NCBI GenBank assembly: GCA_964386365.1
Contig: CAYLQR010000007.1
Location: forward strand, 1-58,966
Length of the DNA: 58,966 bases
Direction of reading: 5' to 3'
Source: an uncultured Candidatus Saccharibacteria bacterium
GTDB lineage: Bacteria > Patescibacteriota > Minisyncoccia > Minisyncoccales > UBA1441
The notes below the pieces were generated by a model that was not told where the DNA came from, did not search any database, and worked only from the letters and a program-made list of their open reading frames with translations. Below, one piece after another: positions 26,659-33,194 of the stretch (positions are counted from its first letter, which is position 1; each line of letters begins with the position of its first letter). Made by a program: the position numbers and the translations under genes.

Positions 26659-27234
26659 TCAATCGCTGTCTTTCCTCAAATAATCAAAAATTTCTTCCAA
26701 AGAAGTCCAGAGATTAAGTTCATTCTCTGCTTCTTCCGGACTTTCAGAAGCGTGAATTATATTATAGATGGATCTCTTCTCTCGATTGGCTTTGGCTGCA
26801 TCATCAATCGAGAAATCGCCCCTGACGGTTCCCGGTAATGCCTGAGCCGGCATTGTTCCTCCAACAATTTTCCTCACCATATCAATCGCATGATTGCCTT
26901 CAATTACCATTTTGACCATTGGACCAAAAGTTAAATAGTCCAAAAGCCAATTCCGAACTAAAAGTCCAATTTTTTCCGGATCCTCTGTTCCTAATTCTTT
27001 TTGGGGATCAAGTCCATAATTCTGATAATTCTGGAGAGTTTTTTCTCCCAATCTTTTAATCCAAACAGGATCTTTGGGATAGTGATTATCAACTTGTGAC
27101 TTTTTAGCCCAGATCATTTCCAGAGAAGTAATTTTTAGTCCTCTCTTTTCAAAACGAGAAATAATTTCTCCCACTAATCCCCTCGCCACTCCATCTGGCT
27201 TAATTAAAACAAAACTTTTTTCTTCTTTTCCCAT
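26659..27234 (-). CDS. ndk: nucleoside diphosphate kinase (long form with internal insertion)
   Basis: SFVLIKPDGVARGLVGEIISRFEKRGLKI, catalytic-His context NIIHASES. About 40 extra residues (VWIKRLGEKTLQNYQNYGLDPQKELGTEDPEKIG...) relative to about 150-aa NDKs. Confidence 0.88.
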   Translation of the reverse strand: MGKEEKSFVLIKPDGVARGLVGEIISRFEKRGLKITSLEMIWAKKSQVDNHYPKDPVWIKRLGEKTLQNYQNYGLDPQKELGTEDPEKIGLLVRNWLLDYLTFGPMVKMVIEGNHAIDMVRKIVGGTMPAQALPGTVRGDFSIDDAAKANREKRSIYNIIHASESPEEAENELNLWTSLEEIFDYLRKDSD

Positions 27235-27241
27235 AACTAAA

Positions 27242-28009
27242 TTAAAAATTTATAACTATTTTTCCTTCTTTTTCTGTCTGTCGAAGAGAAATTCCTGAAG
27301 GAATTTTTTCTTCAGCAAAACTACCGCTTACTACTAACAAAGAAGGATTTAAATTAGACCAAAAAATCCAAGGAAGGGATTCTTGAAAAGAATTTACCTC
27401 AACAATTTCTGAAGCTTCTTCTCTTCTCTCTAGCCCAGTCAAAGAAGAAACCGGAGCCTTCCCCAAAAAGAGGAAATCCATTCCTTTGTCTTCTAATCGC
27501 CAAACGATTTCCCCTTCAACTGAATCTTTCAATTGATAGCGAAGAAGATTATTAGTTGGAGCAAGAATTTCTAAAAAGGCAGAACCTAAGACCAATCTTT
27601 GGTCAGCTTGAGCAATAATCAATTCCGTTCCCTCTTTTTCCAATTGATTCTCCCAAGCTTCGAAAGCCGAACTCTCTACAATCGCTCCATTCCATAAAAC
27701 ATTATTAACTTGATAACTTTCCAAAACAGAGATTAATCCTTCTAAACGTTCTTCGGTTCCTGAAGTCAAAATAACTAAATCCAATTCTTTATCTCCGGCC
27801 ATCAATTCAGCCCCCAGTCTTTTTAGAATTTCGCCTTTCCTTCCGCCATTGACCAAAATTTGGCCCCCTTCTCTAGTTTGGATAAAAAAAGCATCTTCTT
27901 CTGGCCAGAAAACTATCCTTCCTCCTTCTTCTTGAGTTAAAATTTCTTGCCAAAGAAAAAGAGTAGCTATTGTTAACCAGATTAGCCCCCACTTTTCTCC
28001 GGTTGACAT
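27242..28009 (-). CDS. membrane-anchored ComEC-type metallo-beta-lactamase-fold domain protein, catalytic motifs degenerate
   Basis: N-terminal TM (WGLIWLTIATLFLW). IVFWPEEDAFFIQTREGGQILVNGG and DLVILTSGTEERLEGL align with the ComEC MBL pattern (flDVGQGDa.li...LiDgG; D.lvlTHph.DHiGG) but lack the His/Asp ligands. Confidence 0.5.
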   Translation of the reverse strand: MSTGEKWGLIWLTIATLFLWQEILTQEEGGRIVFWPEEDAFFIQTREGGQILVNGGRKGEILKRLGAELMAGDKELDLVILTSGTEERLEGLISVLESYQVNNVLWNGAIVESSAFEAWENQLEKEGTELIIAQADQRLVLGSAFLEILAPTNNLLRYQLKDSVEGEIVWRLEDKGMDFLFLGKAPVSSLTGLERREEASEIVEVNSFQESLPWIFWSNLNPSLLVVSGSFAEEKIPSGISLRQTEKEGKIVINF

Positions 28010-28011
28010 CT

Positions 28012-28611
28012 TTAACTATCTTTCCTCTTGGTCTGACCAAAAGCTAAACCTAGCTCTGTTTTCTCAGCGAGAATACCAATTGTTCTTCCTAGTTCAGCTA
28101 ATTTTCTTTTCACAACCTCCGGCTCAAAGACAGGAGTCCCTTTAGCCGCCGCTTTGATATCTTCTTCAGCCACTTCAGCTTGCTTCAAACCTGAATTTTG
28201 ATAAAAATCAGCTAATTCTTCTTCAAAACTTTCCGGCCTAGCTTCTCCATGGATAAAGGGGCCACCACCACCGACAATTGAACCAATGATTGTCCCGTCA
28301 GTTGTAGCAACGGGAGCCCAAAAAGAATAGAGTCCATCGAAGACTTTTAACAAAACAGGATCACTATGAGCAGTAATTAAATCCGATGCTTGATTATAGG
28401 CTCGATTGTAAAGCTCTTTTCCAGCAGAACTTTTTTTCAGAAGCCGGGTCAAGGTAGATTCAGCACTAGCCTTGCTGACTGGATCTCCTTGATCATCTAA
28501 AACAGTCAAAGAAATTCTTAATTCTTTAGCTAACTCGTCTTGTAATTTTTGGATATTCTCCAAAAACCATTGGCATTCTTCAGAGTTTAAAACTTCTTTT
28601 TCTAATTTCAT
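28012..28611 (-). CDS. PocR-like sensory domain protein (conserved Cys positions substituted)
   Basis: IQKLQDELAKELRISLTVLDDQGDPVSK ... FDGLYSFWAPVATTDGTIIGSIVGGGG parallels the PocR domain pattern (LQKIQD.F....G.a..ivD..G.P..k ... C.aGL.dfaaPI...g..IG.i.GGQ). Confidence 0.45.
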   Translation of the reverse strand: MKLEKEVLNSEECQWFLENIQKLQDELAKELRISLTVLDDQGDPVSKASAESTLTRLLKKSSAGKELYNRAYNQASDLITAHSDPVLLKVFDGLYSFWAPVATTDGTIIGSIVGGGGPFIHGEARPESFEEELADFYQNSGLKQAEVAEEDIKAAAKGTPVFEPEVVKRKLAELGRTIGILAEKTELGLAFGQTKRKDS

Positions 28612-28642
28612 AACAAAAAGAATAATTAAGAGAAACGACCTT

Positions 28643-29248
28643 TTAAATTAATAATTCTTTCAACTTTCGGAAATCTTTTTCCAAGATTTCTTTCATTAAT
28701 GGATTATAGGTGGCAACGGCCGGATGGTAAAGGGGCATAATCTTTAATTCTTGAAACAAGCTCTGAGCAGAAAAGACTTGACCATGAAATTTACTGATTC
28801 CAATTCTCTTTCCTTCTTTTAAAAGCTGACTGTCCAAACCATATTTTTGAAGAATCCAACGACTCGCAAAATTGCCTAAAGGACAAATAATTAACGGCTG
28901 AATAATCTCAATCTGCTTGTTAAGAAAGGGAGTAAATTCCTGGATCTCTTCCTCTTGAGGATTCCGATTATCGGGTGGTCTTAACTTTAGTAAATTAGTA
29001 ATGTAAAGCTCTTCTCTTTTTAAACCGACTTTTTGAAGAAGCTCATCTAAAACCCCTCCGGCTGCTCCGCAAAAGGGTCGGCCGCTAATTGATTCATTAT
29101 AACCAGGAGCTTCTCCAATCAGCATCACTTTAGCTTCAGAATTCCCTTCTCCGAAAACCATTTGGCTACCTTCTTCAGCTAAAGAATGCTGCTGGCAAAA
29201 GGACAAACATTCCTCTTTCAATTTTTCTAACTCCTCATTTTTTGCCAT
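28643..29248 (-). CDS. uracil-DNA glycosylase, family 4
   Basis: MLIGEAPGYNESISGRPFCGAAGGVLDELL (GEAPG..E...G.PF.G.AG motif) and LYHPA near the C-terminus. Confidence 0.85.
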   Translation of the reverse strand: MAKNEELEKLKEECLSFCQQHSLAEEGSQMVFGEGNSEAKVMLIGEAPGYNESISGRPFCGAAGGVLDELLQKVGLKREELYITNLLKLRPPDNRNPQEEEIQEFTPFLNKQIEIIQPLIICPLGNFASRWILQKYGLDSQLLKEGKRIGISKFHGQVFSAQSLFQELKIMPLYHPAVATYNPLMKEILEKDFRKLKELLI

Positions 29249-30753
29249 TAATCTAAAAGATAGATGGGATGATTTTTTAAAGCATCCAAACCAACATTAA
29301 GCCGAGCTTGGCTAGTAGTGTAAAGATAACAGAGAGTATCGCCTTCTTTCACTAATTCTCCGGGCAATTTTTCTAGATAAACTCCGGCCCTTTTAGAAGT
29401 CGGTGCTCCCAGGGCTTTCGCCACCCAACCCAAATCTTGATTCTCAATCATTCTAATTCGCCCTTTCTTTGTGGCTCGCAAATCGTAGACAACTTCCCCC
29501 AGTTTAACATCTTCCGAATCAATATTAGGGTTTCCTCCCTGAGCTTTAATAATTTTCTGCAGCTGTTTCCAGGCCTTTCCGCTTTCCATGCATTTCTGAG
29601 CTGCTTCCTGGCCTTTTCCTTCTGGAACTCGGCCAGTCATTTCCAATAATTCTCCAGCATAATAAACTCCTTTCTTTTCCAAATCTAATGGTCTCTCTTC
29701 CTTTCTTTGCATAACCCGAACAATATCTCTTGCTTCTAAAGCCGGACCAATTCCCCGACCAACTGGACCAAAAGAATAGTAAGAAATGACTTTTACTTTT
29801 ACCTTAAATCTTTTACCTAAATAGAGGAAAAGGGATTTTATTTTATCTGCTTCTTGAAGGGTTTTTACCTTAGCTGTCGGATTAACTGGAATATCAATTA
29901 ATAAATATTTAGAACCCATAGCAACTTTCTTCGCCATGATGCTAGTAACTAATTTAGCTATCGGTTCTTCTGGAAGTTGATGAGCCACTCTTATTATTCG
30001 ACTATCAGCTGAAGCAATATCTACTGCTCCCCAAATAACACAACCTTTGTTTTTCTTAATCAATTCTTTGACTTCTTGAGTAGTAAAAACCACCGGGGCT
30101 AAAACTTCAAAAGTGTCAGCCGTTCCGGCCGGAGAAGTAACCGCCCGAGAAGAAGTTTTGGGCATTAAGACACCAAAACTGCTAACGATAGCAACAATGA
30201 TCGGAGTAATACGATTGCCAGCCAACCCACCAGTTGAATGTTTGTCAGCTACTTTATCACCAAAGTCAAAACTTTTCCCCGTTTCCACCATTGCCTTAGT
30301 TAAAAAGAAAATTTCATCAAGGGAATTCGTGTCCCAAAAAGTACTGGCTAAATAAAAAGCAACCATTGAATCATTCAAGCGATAGTCTACCAAGTCAGAG
30401 ATAATTTGACGAACTTCAGGATAATTTAATTCCTCGCCTCTTAATCTTCGGGCAATCAATTTTACAGAATTAGGAACTCCTAGTAATTCTAAATCGAGAG
30501 TGTCTTTATCTTTTATTTTGAGCCTCTCAGCTAAATTCTCTGGGATTCCCACCTGATAAGGCTTGACCAAAGAATCAGTTAGAATAACTGAAACGGCTAA
30601 ATTCTGATGAGATGGAGTAGAAATCATTAAAGAATCAACCTCTCTTACTCCTTCTTTCTTAGCTGTCTGAGTATTAAGGAAAACGTCAAAGTCTCCGTAA
30701 CTCTCAGCGTCAACGATAGTTGCCTCTAATTGAAAATAATTTTTCATAGCCAA
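29248..30753 (-). CDS. deoA: AMP phosphorylase (thymidine phosphorylase family, DeoA-type)
   Basis: 501 aa with an N-terminal extra domain and the DKHSTGGLAGNRITPII motif. Directly downstream of and overlapping the form III RuBisCO, as in the archaeal AMP pathway. Confidence 0.85.
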   Translation of the reverse strand: MAMKNYFQLEATIVDAESYGDFDVFLNTQTAKKEGVREVDSLMISTPSHQNLAVSVILTDSLVKPYQVGIPENLAERLKIKDKDTLDLELLGVPNSVKLIARRLRGEELNYPEVRQIISDLVDYRLNDSMVAFYLASTFWDTNSLDEIFFLTKAMVETGKSFDFGDKVADKHSTGGLAGNRITPIIVAIVSSFGVLMPKTSSRAVTSPAGTADTFEVLAPVVFTTQEVKELIKKNKGCVIWGAVDIASADSRIIRVAHQLPEEPIAKLVTSIMAKKVAMGSKYLLIDIPVNPTAKVKTLQEADKIKSLFLYLGKRFKVKVKVISYYSFGPVGRGIGPALEARDIVRVMQRKEERPLDLEKKGVYYAGELLEMTGRVPEGKGQEAAQKCMESGKAWKQLQKIIKAQGGNPNIDSEDVKLGEVVYDLRATKKGRIRMIENQDLGWVAKALGAPTSKRAGVYLEKLPGELVKEGDTLCYLYTTSQARLNVGLDALKNHPIYLLD

Positions 30754-31982
30754 TAATCTAAAGCTTTTTTTAAAGCTGGATTTTCTTCAGCTTTTTCTTT
30801 TAAGGACTGACCTTTGACAGCTGCCTCAACTGCCGATTGAACAGCTCGGGCTCCAGCCGCTGATCCTCCGGGATGTCCATGGATTCCCCCGCCAAAATTA
30901 ATAATTAGATCCTGACCTAGTTTTTTAATTAATTCTGGAACCAACCCCGGGTGAAGGCCTCCCGAAGCAATTGGGAAAACCGGTCTGATTCCTCCCCATT
31001 CCTCTCGAAGAAAATTATCTATCTTTAAAACCTCTTCTGACTCGCCAGCCATTTTCCCAATAACTGTCCCCGTATGTAATTGGTCTACTCCAGCTAATCG
31101 GGCCAGCTTGGCTAGAACATACATCGATAAACCATGTTGAGGAAAACGGTCAAACAAGCCATGGCCAGCTCGGTGACCATGAATTATTAAACCCGGCTCT
31201 TCTTCCCGAAGAGTTTGAAGAGCCGAAAAACCCAGAGTAACTAGATCAACCATAACACAGGAACCTCCTCTTTCCCTTACTAAGCTAGCTCTAGCTAACA
31301 TCTCCTCAACTGGAGCAGTAACATTAAAAGCATAAATTTTCTTTTGGCCAGTTTCTTTTTCTGCCTTCTTTTTCCATTTCAAGGCTTCTTCGACTCGAAT
31401 ATCAAAAGGACTAATATCTAAATCAGTCAAATTTTCATCATCTTTAATCAAATCAACTCCGTTCCGGAAAACCTCGTAGGCTAATTTAGCATTTTCTCTA
31501 GGGGTTAGACCAATTTTCGGCTTCATAATAGAGCCAATAATTGGTCGATCAAAAACTTTTAAAAACTTTCTCACTCCTCCCAATCCAAAAGAGGGGCCAG
31601 GGAAAAATTGAAGATAGTGAGGAGAAAATTCTAAATCTTCTAACCGGAGAAAAGCTATCTCCTTCATTGAAAAAATATTCCCGGTTACTGAAGAAAGAAG
31701 TTGAGATATATTTCCTTCTTCAAAAAGAGCTTCTGGATAAGCAATTTTGATTTGTTTTTTCTCCTTTTCTATTTTAAAGATCTTAGCCGATAGTTTTTCA
31801 AAAACCTCACTTGAAAGTGTTTTCAATTGAGTCCAGGTTCCAATAGAAGACTCGGCGGCTATGCTTTGAGCAACTTCTTCAAGCTTAAAACCTTTAGCTT
31901 GCTCCAAACGATAAGTCGCTATAAGTTCTCGGCGACGGTCGGGCTTATAATCTAAGCGAAGATAATTAAAAGACGGAGACAT
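30744..31982 (-). CDS. rbcL: ribulose-1,5-bisphosphate carboxylase large subunit, form III-like
   Basis: GSIMKPKIGL, LIKDDENL, IHGHRAGHG, GTVIGKMAG, SGGLHPG, NFGGGIHGHP active-site motifs. 412 aa, no small-subunit gene. Confidence 0.92.
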   Translation of the reverse strand: MSPSFNYLRLDYKPDRRRELIATYRLEQAKGFKLEEVAQSIAAESSIGTWTQLKTLSSEVFEKLSAKIFKIEKEKKQIKIAYPEALFEEGNISQLLSSVTGNIFSMKEIAFLRLEDLEFSPHYLQFFPGPSFGLGGVRKFLKVFDRPIIGSIMKPKIGLTPRENAKLAYEVFRNGVDLIKDDENLTDLDISPFDIRVEEALKWKKKAEKETGQKKIYAFNVTAPVEEMLARASLVRERGGSCVMVDLVTLGFSALQTLREEEPGLIIHGHRAGHGLFDRFPQHGLSMYVLAKLARLAGVDQLHTGTVIGKMAGESEEVLKIDNFLREEWGGIRPVFPIASGGLHPGLVPELIKKLGQDLIINFGGGIHGHPGGSAAGARAVQSAVEAAVKGQSLKEKAEENPALKKALDYWL

Positions 31983-32874
31983 TTGCTAACCAAGGATAAG
32001 TTTTTATAGCTTCTCGAGAAAAATCTTCTGGTTTAATAATTCCTCTCTCAGTAATAAAGCCAGTAATTTGGTCAGTTGGAATATGGTCAAAAGCTAAATT
32101 CACTATTTCTAAATCTTTTGGAGCCGAAGACCAAACCTCTTTTTGGTCTCTTTGCTCTAATTCTATTTCTGGATGAGGAAAATACTTTAAAAAGGAAACA
32201 GCTAAGTAAATTGGGACACCTGCTTGTTTAGCTGCTAGACTTAATCCATAACTGCCTACCTTATTGACAGCTGATCCGTTAGCTAAAACAGCGTCCCCTC
32301 CCATTAATAAAAAATCTATTTTCTCTGAGAAAAAAGAAGAAAGGAAAAAAGGTCCGGCTGAATCAACTAGCATTCGCACAGGAATTCCGGCCTTCAAGAG
32401 ATTTCGAGCAGTCTTTCTTCCCTGATAAAGAGGACGAGTTTCCGTATTTGTAACTCGGAAATCAAATCCTTTTTCCTTCCCTCTCTTTAAAATTCCTTCA
32501 ACACTCGAAGAATGACAATGAGTAAAAATTACCTTGGCAGAGGGAAAAAGGATTCCTCCAGCTTCATAAAGATTTTTTTGCCCCTTTTTTAGAATCCGAG
32601 CAAATTCCTGACTTCTCTGAAAAATTGTTTCTTTTTGCTTAACCGAAGAAACCTTCTCTAAAGAGTTAAAAAGAAAGCGAATACCGTTCTGAGCCATCGG
32701 TTCAGTCGGCCTAGCAGAAAGAAGGTAATTAGCTGCTTTTCTAATCTCAGTTAAGTCTTTTTCTTTTTGACTGTAAGAACCAAGAGCTTTAACAGTTGCT
32801 TTAGCAACTGCTGTCGCTCCCTGAATCTCTAATCGCTTCAGTTTTTTATAAACAACTTCTAAATCCTCTACCAT
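31966..32874 (-). CDS. ribose-1,5-bisphosphate isomerase (eIF-2B alpha/beta/delta-like, e2b2)
   Basis: IQGATAVAKA, THCHSS, ETRPLYQGRKTA, LMGGDAVLANGSAVNKVG family motifs; 17-nt overlap with rbcL. Confidence 0.85.
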   Translation of the reverse strand: MVEDLEVVYKKLKRLEIQGATAVAKATVKALGSYSQKEKDLTEIRKAANYLLSARPTEPMAQNGIRFLFNSLEKVSSVKQKETIFQRSQEFARILKKGQKNLYEAGGILFPSAKVIFTHCHSSSVEGILKRGKEKGFDFRVTNTETRPLYQGRKTARNLLKAGIPVRMLVDSAGPFFLSSFFSEKIDFLLMGGDAVLANGSAVNKVGSYGLSLAAKQAGVPIYLAVSFLKYFPHPEIELEQRDQKEVWSSAPKDLEIVNLAFDHIPTDQITGFITERGIIKPEDFSREAIKTYPWLANVSVF

Positions 32875-32886
32875 TGCTGTTAGAAG

Positions 32887-33114
32887 CTAGTTCCTTTTAA
32901 CGTCAACAGCAAAAAGCCCTCCCAAAATTAAAACTACTCCTAAAATTACTCCTCCAATAAAAAACCAAAAAAGCCAAACCGGACTAATAGCCGTTTGAGC
33001 GATCACCGTCATAATTAACGGGAGTCCGCAAACAGCAATTGAAAGGGCACCAAAATTAGCCGTCTGTGATTTTCCACCCCAGAAGCCAAGATAACGAAAG
33101 CTTTTATCCTCCAT
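32887..33114 (-). CDS. small two-TM membrane protein, unknown function
   Basis: 75-aa ORF with two hydrophobic spans; heads the minus-strand operon. Confidence 0.5.
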   Translation of the reverse strand: MEDKSFRYLGFWGGKSQTANFGALSIAVCGLPLIMTVIAQTAISPVWLFWFFIGGVILGVVLILGGLFAVDVKRN

Positions 33115-33194
33115 ATGAAAATGAAATAAATTAATAAAAATTAAGAACCTTTAAAATTCTTTTTCATTATAGCATGGTCCGAGAAAAAACCAAT

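Noticed and set aside
25209-26660. tRNA-Pro-adjacent region as an integrated mobile element or prophage remnant
   Set aside because: No integrase, transposase or phage genes are present, and I could not find a direct repeat of the tRNA 3-prime end. Only an 8-nt AATCCCGG match occurs at about 26511. This is insufficient evidence beyond the TA cassette.
26477-26662. 61-aa minus-strand ORF (MTGREKKSYTKST...) from the track
   Set aside because: Its start is the TTG of a TTGACA -35 box overlapping the ndk stop. It has no SD, and the region folds as a long RNA helix ending in a terminator. I interpret it as non-coding (see the sRNA finding).
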